Of a DNA stretch of 64,000 bases, positions 1 to 9,890 are shown one piece after another. Location of the stretch: positions 1,758,920 to 1,822,919 of the forward strand of contig CBDFIY010000003.1 of NCBI GenBank assembly GCA_965248335.1, given 5' to 3'. The notes below the pieces were generated by a model. That model was not told the origin of the DNA and did no database searches. It saw only the letters and a program-made list of their open reading frames with translations. This DNA is from Pseudomonadales bacterium (lineage in GTDB: Bacteria; Pseudomonadota; Gammaproteobacteria; Pseudomonadales; DT-91). How positions within the stretch are numbered: position 1 is the first letter of the stretch; each line of letters opens with the position of its first letter. The position numbers were made by a program, and so were the translations under genes.

Positions 1-304
1 CTTCGGCATCGACCGCATCATTTTTGTTTGACTTCACAAATGGTTTTACAAATTGCGGGGCTATTAAACGTACTTCATGGCCATAGCTTTTAAATAGTCG
101 AGCCCAGTAATGAGCACTTCCGCATGCCTCCATTGCAATTAAACAAGGTGTTAACCTGGCCATGAATTCAGATAATTTCTTTCGGCTTACTTTTTTACCT
201 AACACCTTTTCACCTTTTTCATCCATGCCATGAAGTTGAAAGCTACTCTTGGCTAAATCGATGGCTAATACCTTGATATCATTTTTTGCGTTACTTTTAC
301 TCAT
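1..304 (-). CDS. IS110-family transposase, N-terminal ~100 codons (copy A). The 3' part is cut off by the window start.
   Basis: The reverse complement of 1..304 is near-identical to the 5' end of the intact IS110-type ORF at 2179..3228 (MSKSNAKNDIKVLAIDLAKSSFQ...). The start codon is the reverse complement of cat at 302..304. Confidence 0.85.
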   Translation of the reverse strand, partial: MSKSNAKNDIKVLAIDLAKSSFQLHGMDEKGEKVLGKKVSRKKLSEFMARLTPCLIAMEACGSAHYWARLFKSYGHEVRLIAPQFVKPFVKSNKNDAVDAE

Positions 305-413
305 GATTCGTATCACCTCTAATTCGAATTTGATAGTTTCGTTCGCCGTCTATTGTTGCAGATTATGATACTGCTTTAGGGTGCGAGGCGAACCATTCCA
401 TTTACTCAGCGAA
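1..413 (-). mobile_element. IS110-family element, copy A (partial, window-truncated). Its 5' (left) end lies at about 413.
   Basis: 1..413 is an inverted copy of 2088..2500, by my reading with about 1 mismatch. Similarity stops at ...CAGCG at 413 and 2088. Confidence 0.75.
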
Positions 414-2087
414 TATAAGAAAAAAAATAGCTTGACGCTGTTTTACAAAAAATTTTTATTTTTTAGTCACTCTTGGGAGTTGCTCATATTATTGACGATA
501 AGCTACCCCTGCAACCCATCAGCACTGATTAAGTCTCATTACGGGAGTGACACGAATCCAAAAAAATAAAAGTCGTTAGAATACGCTACAAAGCGAAGAA
601 ATAGCCTTAAAAAACCCATGATAGAATAACCCTCTTATTCAAGTAACCACAGGGGTCTGTTTCTATGAGAATTGATAATATCGACATCGATGCAACTCTC
701 AGTGAAGTCGAACGATTACTCGAAGAAGATAAAAATATCTCTCCAGCGTTAGTATCGATTATTACGGTATTACTACTCTTGGTTAAACTCCTGACTAATC
801 GAGCAGGGTTAAACAGCAGTAATAGCAGCAAGCCGCCATCGACGGATAATAAAAAACTAAAGCCAACCCGAAAAAAATCAGCTAAGAAAAGCGGCGATCA
901 ACTCGGACATAACGGTGTCACGCTCAAGCAAATCGACGAGCCCGATGACATTGAACGCATCCAGATTGATCGACGTACACTGCCACGAGGCGATTACGAA
1001 AAAATAGGGATTGAGCGTCGCCAAGTCTTCGATATTCAAATATGCCGTTGGGTCACTGAATTTCAAGCTGAAGTCTTAATCGATAAAGCCACCGGTAATC
1101 GCTATGTAGCACAATTCCCTGATGATGTTGGCAAAGCTGTACAGTACGGTAAGCAGCTCAAAGCCCATGCGGTTTATATGTCGCAGTATCAATTGATTCC
1201 CTACAACCGAGTTCAGGAATTTTTCGCCGATCAAATGGGCATTCCGATCAGATCTACAATTTCAATGTAGAAGCCTACAACAAGCTTGAAACTTTCGAAG
1301 CGATTGCCAAGAAAAATTTAACGGACGCGCCGTTGCTGCATGTCGACGAGACGGGAATAAATATTGGCGGCGATAGGCACTGGTTACATTGCGCCACAAA
1401 TGCCTCATGGACTTATTTCTTTGCGCACAAGAATCGCGGCAATGAAGCAACAGATCCAGAAGGCATATTGGCAGCGTTCAAGGGCGTGCTATGCCACGAT
1501 CACTGGAAACCCTATTATTGTTATAGTGGTTGCCTGCACGCTTTATGCAATGCCCATCATTTACGCGAGTTAACGCGATCGTGGGAGCAAGATAATCAAC
1601 AGTGGGCCAAATCCATGCAAGACTTCTTGGCGGCGTGTAATCGTGCAGTGCATGAAGCCGGCGGAAAACTCAGCAGCAAGGCATCCAAAAAGCAATGGGA
1701 AAACTATCGCGCCATACTTGAAGCTGCAGAGATAGAATGCCCTCCGCCTGATGAAAAAGATCGCAAAGGCAAGCGGGGGCGATTAAAGCGCAGTAAATCC
1801 CGTAATCTCCTCGAGCGTTTTATCAAATTCGAGGAGGATGTGCTGCGGTTTATGGATAATGAAATCGTGCCCTTTACGAACAATCAGGGTGAACGAGATA
1901 TTCGTATGACGAAAGTTCATCAAAAAATATCTGGGTGTTTTCGCAGCATGAAAGGCGCGAAGATTTTTTGCCGCGTTCGCAGTTATTTGTCGACGTGCCG
2001 CAAACAAGGCATGAGTTCCAGCGAGGCATTAAACTTGTTATTCAATGATGAACTGCCAGATTTTGCTAAATAATCAAAAATTACGCT
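414..2087 (+). mobile_element. IS66-family element (single tnpC type). Bounds are approximate and no terminal IRs were recognised.
   Basis: It encloses a split IS66 TnpC ORF. The flanks are set by the inner ends of the two inverted IS110 copies. Confidence 0.45.
665..2073 (+). pseudogene. tnpC: IS66-family transposase TnpC, frameshifted between about 1270 and 1333 (two ORFs, 665..1270 and 1333..2073).
   Basis: The N-terminal piece has the IS66 leucine-zipper and SSKPPS motif region. The C-terminal piece (HCATNASWTYFF..., DHWKPYY..., CNAHHLREL) is the IS66 DDE/Zn region. The two pieces are in different frames. Confidence 0.8.
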
Positions 2088-2094
2088 GAGCAAA

Positions 2095-3567
2095 TGGAAT
2101 GGTTCGCCTCGCACCCTAAAGCAGTATCATAATCTGCAACAATAGACGGCGAACGAAACTATCAAATTCGAATTAGAGGTGATACGAATCATGAGTAAAA
2201 GTAACGCAAAAAATGATATCAAGGTATTAGCCATCGATTTAGCCAAGAGTAGCTTTCAACTTCATGGCATGGATGAAAAAGGTGAAAAGGTGTTAGGTAA
2301 AAAAGTAAGCCGAAAGAAATTATCTGAATTCATGGCCAGGTTAACACCTTGTTTAATTGCAATGGAGGCATGCGGAAGTGCTCATTACTGGGCTCGACTA
2401 TTTAAAAGCTATGGCCATGAAGTACGTTTAATAGCCCCGCAATTTGTAAAACCATTTGTGAAGTCAAACAAAAATGATGCGGTCGATGCCGAAGCCATTG
2501 CCGAGGCTGCTCAGCGCCCGAATATGCGCTTTGTTGCCATTAAGTCAGTTGAACAATTAGAAAATCAATCTATTCACAGAATTCGAAGCCAGTCCATTAA
2601 AAATCGTACGGCTTTGGTCAATCAGATCCGAGGCTTATTAATGGAACAAGGAATTGATATCCCCGCAGGTCGAAAGAACGTGCTTAAAAGTATACCGATG
2701 ATTCTTGAAGATGCCGAAAATGGCTTGGGTATTCGGTTTAGGGAGATACTCTCTGATTTGCAGAATGATCTAAAAACAGTTGATAAGCGTGTTGATAAGT
2801 ATGACATGGAAATTGAGCGTATGATCAAAAATGATGAGGAGGCCCAACGATTGATGAGTATTCCGGGTGTAGGACCTCTTACCGCAACCGCGTTATTAAT
2901 AACAATTGGGGATATATCGTTGTTTAAAAATGGCCGAGAACTGGCCGCCTTTTTTGGCTTGGTTCCTCGCCAGCATTCCACGGGAGGAAGGCCAACTTTA
3001 CTCGGCATCAGCAAAAGAGGGGATGTATATTTACGCACATTGTTGATTCATGGGGCGAGGTCGGTACTGCAATATACTGAAGGTAAAAAAGATTCTGTGA
3101 GTCGATGGGCAGGCAACCTTATGCAACGTCGTGGAAAAAATGTAGCGGCCGTAGCCTTAGCCAATAAAATGGTTAGAACAGTTTTTGCCTTGCTCAAAAA
3201 TGGAGAAAGCTATGCTGTTTCAGTGTAAAGAAAGCCTAAGTATTGAAGATCGTTACCGCCTGAAAAGCGGCTATTAGTAGGAACATATTTTTAATGTATT
3301 AATGATTAAGTTTTAAGAGTAATGAACTAAGCAAATTGCGAAGAGACAAATCACCGTGATGGCATGAAAGGTAAGACCTGCATCTCAGGCAAGCTGATTG
3401 TAACTAAGGCGCTCCTCGTGAGCAGACCGTTGAGTAGATAAGCACTGAGATGAGCGAATTTCCATTAGGGCCCGAGGGATATACCTTCAAATAGAGGCCG
3501 GATATAAGACCGCAACTTTTCCTTCATGAGCACAACGATTTATCTTGCAATACGCGAGGCGAACCAT
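2095..3567 (+). mobile_element. IS110-family element, copy B (apparently complete, about 1.47 kb).
   Basis: The left end ATGGTTCGCCTCGC at about 2106 and the right end GCGAGGCGAACCAT at about 3553..3567 are inverted copies of each other. The transposase ORF lies inside. Confidence 0.6.
2179..3228 (+). CDS. IS110-family transposase (349 aa).
   Basis: Has the DEDD-type N-terminal region (VLAIDLAKSSFQLHG, AMEACGSAHYW) and the C-terminal IS110 signature (GVGPLTATALLITIGD, FFGLVPRQHSTGG). The ORF is intact. Confidence 0.9.
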   Translation: MIRIMSKSNAKNDIKVLAIDLAKSSFQLHGMDEKGEKVLGKKVSRKKLSEFMARLTPCLIAMEACGSAHYWARLFKSYGHEVRLIAPQFVKPFVKSNKNDAVDAEAIAEAAQRPNMRFVAIKSVEQLENQSIHRIRSQSIKNRTALVNQIRGLLMEQGIDIPAGRKNVLKSIPMILEDAENGLGIRFREILSDLQNDLKTVDKRVDKYDMEIERMIKNDEEAQRLMSIPGVGPLTATALLITIGDISLFKNGRELAAFFGLVPRQHSTGGRPTLLGISKRGDVYLRTLLIHGARSVLQYTEGKKDSVSRWAGNLMQRRGKNVAAVALANKMVRTVFALLKNGESYAVSV

Positions 3568-3638
3568 ATAAGTTACATACACATAAAGTAAAAGACAAGG
3601 CGACAGGGGGTTATTTTAACGGACAGGAACTTGTATTT

Positions 3639-4526
3639 ATGGTGCTGGTAACAGACATCGTTACGATACCCGTCGGTTTTCGTTTTTTTATGCCCAACCC
3701 TGAATTAACAGCATGGAGAAAGCAAAACAAGCTACTCAAAGATGCAGGCATACCGGCCAAAAAAAGACCTGAAAAACCCAAGCCTGATCCACGCTACCCA
3801 ACAATGCAGGCGTTAGCCTTGGATATGTGCAGTGAGTTTACTCGCACATTTCCTGATTTCACTGTTAAAGGTGTCTTGGCTGATGCACTTTATGGCACAG
3901 GTGCATTCATGGATACGTGCGCTGAAATAACTGGCAAAGCCCAAGTTGTCAGTCAGCTGCGATCAAATCAGCAAGTCATGAGCAGAAACTCAAAAGTGTC
4001 TTTAAAATCGTACTTTGCGCGTCAATCTGGCGTCAAAACGCACTTAATAATTCGCGGTGGTCGAAAAGAACGCGTTACCTTGCTGTCTGCTCGGCTACAC
4101 GTGTGCGCACATGGCAAACGTCGTTTTGTGGTTGCATTGAAATATGAAAATGAAGAAGAGTACCGCTATCTCGTCGCGTCTGATCTATCATGGCGACATG
4201 AAGATATTGCTAGGCTATATACATTAAGATGGTTAGTTGAGGTTTTTATTCAGGACTGGAAGGCTCATGGAGGTTGGAATAAATTGACCAAACATCAAGG
4301 CGAAGAAGGATCTGCGCGAGGCGTGATCCTGAGCTTGTTGTGCGATCAATTATTATTGCTACATCCCGAGCAGTCGGCCCGGCTTAAAAACAAACAACCC
4401 GGGATGCCCGCTGGTTGCATAATTGAACATCTTAAAACAGAAGCCCTGATCGATACCATTCATGAAGTTGTTGCGGCAAATGATCCCCTTTACGCCCTTG
4501 ATAAACTCAAAGATGCACTTTGCTGA
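3639..4526 (+). pseudogene. IS4-family transposase, 5'-truncated C-terminal fragment.
   Basis: Carries the Y-2-R-3-E-6-K signature (YTLRWLVEVFIQDWK) of IS4-family DDE transposases. The N-terminal DDE half is missing; the IS110 copy B right end sits immediately upstream. Confidence 0.7.
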
Positions 4527-4559
4527 TTGTCTAGTTGTCAACACTTCGGACAGTTTTCG

Positions 4560-5799
4560 CCCAGTACGTGACACATAATTTGTTGGATAATAGCCGTTAA
4601 TCTATAATTGACTGAATTAATTGATAATTATGTATCTAATAAGGTTCAAAAATTGACGAACTTATGGATATAATTTGCCCCCCACAAGCATCTCTCTCGC
4701 CAACTCAAGAAATCATTTAGATGTCATGAAAAAAACCTTAATCTGTTTGCAGAAATATTAATTGCTTTGATAGCAGTGAGGTCAGTTAATTTGACAAAAC
4801 TGGCAACACAAGTAGGCAAAGATGTAAAAGTAGAATCGAGTTACAGACGCTTGCAGCGGTTTTTCTCAAAGTCCCATTTCTCACCAAACGGTATAGCCCT
4901 GTTTATTACGCGGTTATTTTTTAATGACAGCATCAAATGGACATTAGCTATCGATAGAACCAACTGGCAATACGGCCGAGTGAATATCAATATATTAATG
5001 TTGAGCATTTGCTATAAAGGTCGTGCAATCCCCGTATTTTGGATGATGCTGAACAAAAAAGGTAACTCTAATACCTGCGAACGCATTCAGCTACTAAATC
5101 GTTTTATCCGCCTGTTTGGGAAAGATCGTATAGAAGCATTAACGGCTGACAGAGAATTTATCGGCAAAGACTTTTTTGACTACCTTGATCAGCAAGGCAT
5201 TCCCTTTGTTATCCGTATTAAAAAGTCTGAAATAACAACCAATAGCCGAGGTCTTGAAGTTAATATTGATGGGCTGTTCTATCATTTAAAGCCCGGTGAG
5301 GAAACATCATTAGCGGGTGTTCGATTACTATGGGGACTGCCTGTTTATCTTTCTGGAAAACGCCTTTCTGATGGTGAATTTCTTATTGTTGCGGCCAATC
5401 AGGCGCTACCCGACAGTTTAATTATTTATGCAAGACGCTGGGAAATAGAAACATTATTTGAATGCCTCAAAACGCGTGGATTTAACTTCGAGGAAACACA
5501 TCTAACGGATCACGATAAAATTGACAGGATGATGTCCGTGCTCGCGATTGCTTATTGCTGGTCTTATAAAACGGGTGTTTGGTGCTGTGAGCAAGGCGAT
5601 GGCATCAGTAAAAAAAACACGGCCGTTTAGAGAAAAGTTATTTTCGCCACGGCCTCGATTTGTTACAGCAAATAATTTCTGGCGTTGTGACTGATATTAA
5701 AAAAATACGAAAATGTCTTAACGCTTTTACGCCTAGAGACTGGATGCCGCCTCTATTTAGGATGAGTGGCATATGAGCAATTAATTGTCATGTACTAGG
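4560..5799 (+). mobile_element. IS4-family (IS10-like) element, copy 1. Defective and lacks a TSD.
   Basis: The ends CCCAGTACGTGACA... and ...TGTCATGTACTAGG are imperfect inverted repeats. It is near-identical to copy 2 at 11754..12995 apart from a 2-bp shorter poly-C tract and a few SNPs. Confidence 0.8.
4664..5630 (+). pseudogene. IS10-like transposase, copy 1. Frameshifted in a poly-C tract (C6 at 4678..4683 vs C8 in copy 2).
   Basis: From the ATG at 4664 the frame hits TAG after 19 codons. The long ORF (4767..5630) is identical to copy 2 residues 36-322 except for one C/R change. The YARRWEIETLFECLK motif resembles the IS10 YSKRMQIEETFRDLK motif. Confidence 0.8.
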
Positions 5800-5881
5800 A
5801 TAAAGGATAAAGGATAAAGGATAAAGGATAAAGGATAAAGGATAAAGGATAAAGGATAAAGGATAAAGGATAAAGGATAAC
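5798..5881. repeat. Tandem heptanucleotide repeat (GGATAAA) x about 12.
   Basis: Perfect head-to-tail 7-bp units, read directly. They begin at the last bases of the IS10-like copy 1 right end. Confidence 0.9.
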
Positions 5882-5978
5882 TTTGAGCTTTTGTATTTGA
5901 TGTGTTAAGCCATTTTTTGGGTCGAGTTCTGATTGGTTACAACTGTGCAATCATTAATATAAGACACCTTATAGCCGG

Positions 5979-6383
5979 CTAAGCCGTAGGGTTGTTTATA
6001 TAGCGTACTTCCATTCCTTTAGGTTTTCGAAATCCTGCATCGTAAGGTTGATAACGCCTGGTGTGTTCCTTGGATCTTTTACTGGGAATATAGGTTAAAG
6101 CTGGGATTGTAAAATCACGTATGTCGGCTGTATGTTGATCAGGTTTGTCAGTTACGTAGGCCGCTTTTGATTTTGTTAGAAATTTTCTACAGTGCTGATC
6201 CTCATCATTTTGTGCGTTACTGGCAAGCCAAGCTTTTTTGTCTTTATCTACTTCTTCCTTTTTTGTGAAGGATGTTAATAGAATTAGCTTTAAGGCTTTT
6301 TGTAAATTATGATTAAGCTCATCATTTCCTGAAAAATTATAACAAGAAATAAAAAAAGAAATAGAAAATATATATATGCGCAT
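5979..6383 (-). CDS. Hypothetical secreted/lipoprotein-like protein (134 aa).
   Basis: ORF with a hydrophobic N-terminus (MRIYIFSISFFISCYNF). No recognisable family. Confidence 0.3.
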   Translation of the reverse strand: MRIYIFSISFFISCYNFSGNDELNHNLQKALKLILLTSFTKKEEVDKDKKAWLASNAQNDEDQHCRKFLTKSKAAYVTDKPDQHTADIRDFTIPALTYIPSKRSKEHTRRYQPYDAGFRKPKGMEVRYINNPTA

Positions 6384-6451
6384 TTTTTGATAGTTCGTAG
6401 ACTGGAGTATGTTTGTCTATCGTTATTTAAAAAATACTGCATTCAAATAAA

Positions 6452-7306
6452 TTAAATTTTATTCATTATTGTTTTTGATAGTAAATGAAGCAAAAAAAGC
6501 GAAGTTCCGCAAATCCCGCCAATAATAATTGCAGTAAATATGTTAAGCATATAGTTAAGGTTTTCTGTGTTAATGCCAGTAAATAACGCAATGTAATGAT
6601 CTAGGTGCAAAGCATGCATAATAATGTTGCCACCGACAAACAGCATGGCGAGTGTACCTATGATTGAAATTGCTCTAAGAATGAACGGTGCAGCAACTAA
6701 GAGCATTTTACCAATCGTTTTGAATCCACGAACAGAATGTTTTACCAGATAAAAACCTAAATCATCCAGTTTTACGATGACTGCCACTAGCCCATAGATG
6801 CCTATGGTTAATAAGATCGCAACAAAGCTTAATACCATGATTTGCATGTTTATACTTTCTGCCTGAACAATATTCAACGAGATAACAATAATTTCAGTGG
6901 AAAGTACAAAATCGGTTCGAATAGCCCCCTTTACTTGCAGCTTTTCATGCAAGGCGGGGTCTGCTGGCGCTTTAGTTTCATGGGCGGGTTTTTTTGAGAG
7001 GCTGCTGCTAATTTTTTCCATACCTTCATAGCATAAATACAAGCCGCCTACGAGTAGCAAGGGTTGAATAAGGAAGTTAGCGTAAACACTCAAGAGTATC
7101 GCTACAGGAACGAGTATTAACTTATTGATGAGTGCGCCTTTGAATACCGCAAGAATGACAGGAATTTCTCGGTTGTCTTCAAATCCCGATACTTTTTCAG
7201 CACTAACAGCAATATCATCAGTAACGACGCTCATTGTTTTTTGGGCAGTGATTTTTGTCATCGCCGCGATGTCATCAATGAGCGTGAAAAGATTTGCTAA
7301 AGCCAT
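6452..7306 (-). CDS. yedI: DUF808 family inner-membrane protein (YedI-like).
   Basis: MALANLFTLIDDIAAMTKI... N-terminus and multi-TM architecture are typical of DUF808/YedI. Confidence 0.65.
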   Translation of the reverse strand: MALANLFTLIDDIAAMTKITAQKTMSVVTDDIAVSAEKVSGFEDNREIPVILAVFKGALINKLILVPVAILLSVYANFLIQPLLLVGGLYLCYEGMEKISSSLSKKPAHETKAPADPALHEKLQVKGAIRTDFVLSTEIIVISLNIVQAESINMQIMVLSFVAILLTIGIYGLVAVIVKLDDLGFYLVKHSVRGFKTIGKMLLVAAPFILRAISIIGTLAMLFVGGNIIMHALHLDHYIALFTGINTENLNYMLNIFTAIIIGGICGTSLFLLHLLSKTIMNKI

Positions 7307-7332
7307 ATTGTCAATTCCTTTGAAGGATTTAA

Positions 7333-8367
7333 CTATAGATCATGTGTGTCGGTGGGCTTAAACCAGTGTTGCGTGTTATTTGCAAAATGCACAAGCATAA
7401 GCATAACAGGTACTTCCACTAAAACACCGACCACGGTAGCGAGTACAGCGCCAGATTGTAGGCCGAAAAGTGCGATGGCGACGGCGACGGCTAACTCGAA
7501 GAAATTAGAGGTACCAATTAAACTGGCGGGGGCAGCTACGGAATAAGGTAATTTTAGTTTTCTTGCCATCCAGTATGTGAGTGCAAAAATACCGAAAGAC
7601 TGGATGATGAGAGGTATAGCAATAAGCAGAATATCAATACCTTTGCTTAGCAAGGTGTTGGCCTGCAACCCAAATAAAACCACAACCGTTAACACCAGCC
7701 CGAGCATAGAAAAAGGCTTGAAGAAGTCGCAAAACTTTTGGTAGTGATTTTCCCCTTTTTTTAGGAGTCTGTGGCGAATGAGTATGCCTGCGATCAGAGG
7801 CAATATGATGTAGAGGGTTACAGCGTAGAGTAAGGTTTCCCAAGGCACATGAATATCAGAAACGCCAAGCAAAAATGCACTGATTGGCGCAAATGCAAAC
7901 ACCATGATTAAATCATTAACCGATACCTGTACCAGCGTATAATTGGCGTCACCTTTAGTGAGATGGCTCCAAACAAATACCATTGCAGTGCAAGGCGCAA
8001 CGCCAAGTAATATCATACCGGCGATGTATTCATCGGCAAGTTCTTGTGATACCCATGGCGAATAAATAAAGCGAAAGAATAGCCAGGCCAGTGCAGCCAT
8101 GGTAAATGGTTTAATAAGCCAATTGATGACAACGGTAAGCAATAACCCTTTAGGACTTTTACCTACAGATTTGATTGATCCAAAATCAATCTGCACCATC
8201 ATCGGTAAAATCATGATCCAAATTAAAATCGCAATGGGAAAGTTTATGCCTGCAATTTCAAGATTTGCTAAAAACGCAAAGGTAGATGGGAGGTTTGAGC
8301 CAAGGTATACGCCGATTATCATTGCTAATCCGACCCAAACCGATAAAAAGCGTTCGAATAAATTCAT
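7333..8367 (-). CDS. acr3: Arsenite efflux transporter, ACR3 family (344 aa).
   Basis: A 10-TM protein whose N-terminus ([20 protein letters not shown]...) and conserved CTAMVF motif match the ACR3/ArsB(ACR3-type) family. No arsR or arsC lies adjacent. Confidence 0.85.
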   Translation of the reverse strand: MNLFERFLSVWVGLAMIIGVYLGSNLPSTFAFLANLEIAGINFPIAILIWIMILPMMVQIDFGSIKSVGKSPKGLLLTVVINWLIKPFTMAALAWLFFRFIYSPWVSQELADEYIAGMILLGVAPCTAMVFVWSHLTKGDANYTLVQVSVNDLIMVFAFAPISAFLLGVSDIHVPWETLLYAVTLYIILPLIAGILIRHRLLKKGENHYQKFCDFFKPFSMLGLVLTVVVLFGLQANTLLSKGIDILLIAIPLIIQSFGIFALTYWMARKLKLPYSVAAPASLIGTSNFFELAVAVAIALFGLQSGAVLATVVGVLVEVPVMLMLVHFANNTQHWFKPTDTHDL

Positions 8368-8536
8368 CGCTATAGCCCTCAGGTTGTGAACGTGAGGCTG
8401 TGACTATAATGATGGTCAAAGGTCTTGTATAGAGTAATATTCACGGACTTTTGTTGACTACCTGTCTGAAGGTGAATCGAAAGCTTCAGATCTTTTCTTT
8501 GATGAGAAGCTGCAGTTGCTGCGTGGCTCTTGTTGT

Positions 8537-8576
8537 CGCTTGCCGTCTTCCGGCACCTCCAATTCCGATGGGTATA
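8537..8576 (-). repeat. Truncated copy (about 40 bp, one end only) of the 127-bp MITE-like repeat.
   Basis: CGCTTGCCGTCTTCCGGCACCTCCAATTCCGATGGGTATA matches the reverse complement of the repeat start TATACCCATCGGAATTGGAG...GGCGGCAAGCG. Confidence 0.5.
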
Positions 8577-8641
8577 AATAAAAAGATTGTCAAAATTAGC
8601 GTAGCTCACTCAAAATGGTTAAACGAAGTGATCTCTTTAAG

Positions 8642-8755
8642 TTCACGCTAAATGGCTAAAGCGATCATCCTTCAGTACTTGCTCAGCTATCGAAATATTG
8701 AAGAAATGATGCAAGAGCACGGCATTGATGTTGATCATTCGACATTAAATCGCTG
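8642..8755 (+). pseudogene. IS6-family (IS26-like) transposase N-terminal remnant.
   Basis: It translates to MAKAIILQYLLSYRNIEEMMQEHGIDVDHSTLNR*. This matches the conserved IS6 segment ...YNLSYRDIEEMMAERGISVDHSTINRW.... Confidence 0.55.
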
Positions 8756-9009
8756 AGTGATTTACTATGCTTCAATGCGCGAAAAAGCTTGTTATAAAAA
8801 GAAGATAAATTTTATTGTATATTTAAATGTGAGACATATGGCCTTGATGGCATTCGGATAACGCCTCAATCAGAATCTGTCAAGTCAAGTAGCGTCTGAC
8901 AGCCGATTGGATTGATTTGTTACACAGAGTGTTCAATATTTCTAACGAGTGCTCAAAACTTCCCGCTATTAACCCACTTCTCTGGTGGCAAGATCTTCTC
9001 CTGAACATC

Positions 9010-9726
9010 TCAGTGTTCAATAATTTTGTCTTCTTTTAGTCTGAATATATCGATGAAGCACCAATCGCCATCTTTAATCGCATGACTTAGCGCAACAACA
9101 AAATTTCCTTGTCCTATTATTCGATGTACTTTTTCATAATTTGCTGTATTACCAGTTTTCATAAATTCAAATAACCCTTCAATTTTGTCCTTAATTTGAG
9201 GGTTGTGTTGATCGTATCGATCTGGATTTATAAAATTAGTTATGCTCTCAATTTTCTTATCGATCAAAATATCTTGAAGAAACTTCGCAATAAAAGCTTT
9301 GTTACTCTCTGTCTTTTCAATATCCTCAATTTCTGTGGGACCATCAACTAAAGTACGCCCTGAGGCCGTACCCTTCTCCTCCACGTACTCTTGAATAACA
9401 TCCCAGTGTTCGATAATTTTATCATTCTCATCTGTGTCAAATATATCTGCAGTGACCCATTTAGCTTCCCCATTATTAAGGCTCTGATAAACGTGCAAAA
9501 ATACGTACTGACCATCCACCAATGATCTAACAATTTCTATTTGTCTAAGTGGGTTTCGTTTAATAAATGCTTCAAAGAAATGAGTAAAGCCTTCTACTCC
9601 ATCACCGACACCAGTGCTATGTTGAGTATATCTTTCACCTGTATATTTGGTGACAGATTCCCGAACATTTCCATCTCTTATGCCTTCGAGGTAAAGGTTT
9701 TTTGCATTCTTAAGTTTGCTGTTCAT
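9010..9726 (-). CDS. NTF2-like/SnoaL-like (predicted ester cyclase) two-domain protein (238 aa).
   Basis: Two tandem halves of about 115 aa each. Both end in the ...IIEHWDVIQ / ...KIIEH motif typical of SnoaL-like polyketide-cyclase folds. Confidence 0.5.
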   Translation of the reverse strand: MNSKLKNAKNLYLEGIRDGNVRESVTKYTGERYTQHSTGVGDGVEGFTHFFEAFIKRNPLRQIEIVRSLVDGQYVFLHVYQSLNNGEAKWVTADIFDTDENDKIIEHWDVIQEYVEEKGTASGRTLVDGPTEIEDIEKTESNKAFIAKFLQDILIDKKIESITNFINPDRYDQHNPQIKDKIEGLFEFMKTGNTANYEKVHRIIGQGNFVVALSHAIKDGDWCFIDIFRLKEDKIIEH

Positions 9727-9890
9727 TTCTGTAGCCTTTTGGAATAGTTTGGTTATTGGTGTATAGCGCCTTTATCAGATGAGCACAAAACCGTAGGCTT
9801 TGAGCTCTCGGTGGAGGTGCGAAGCACCGGAATATATTGAATGAATTTCTTAGGCTAGAACTGACGAAAACACACTAAGGGAGGCAGCAT

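Noticed and set aside
2622-3038. 138-aa minus-strand ORF inside the IS110 transposase gene.
   Set aside because: It is antisense and overlaps a well-supported transposase ORF. IS110 has no known second gene there.
5798-5881. Possibility that the heptamer array is a CRISPR array.
   Set aside because: The 7-bp units are contiguous with no spacers, so it is a simple tandem microsatellite. No cas genes are present.
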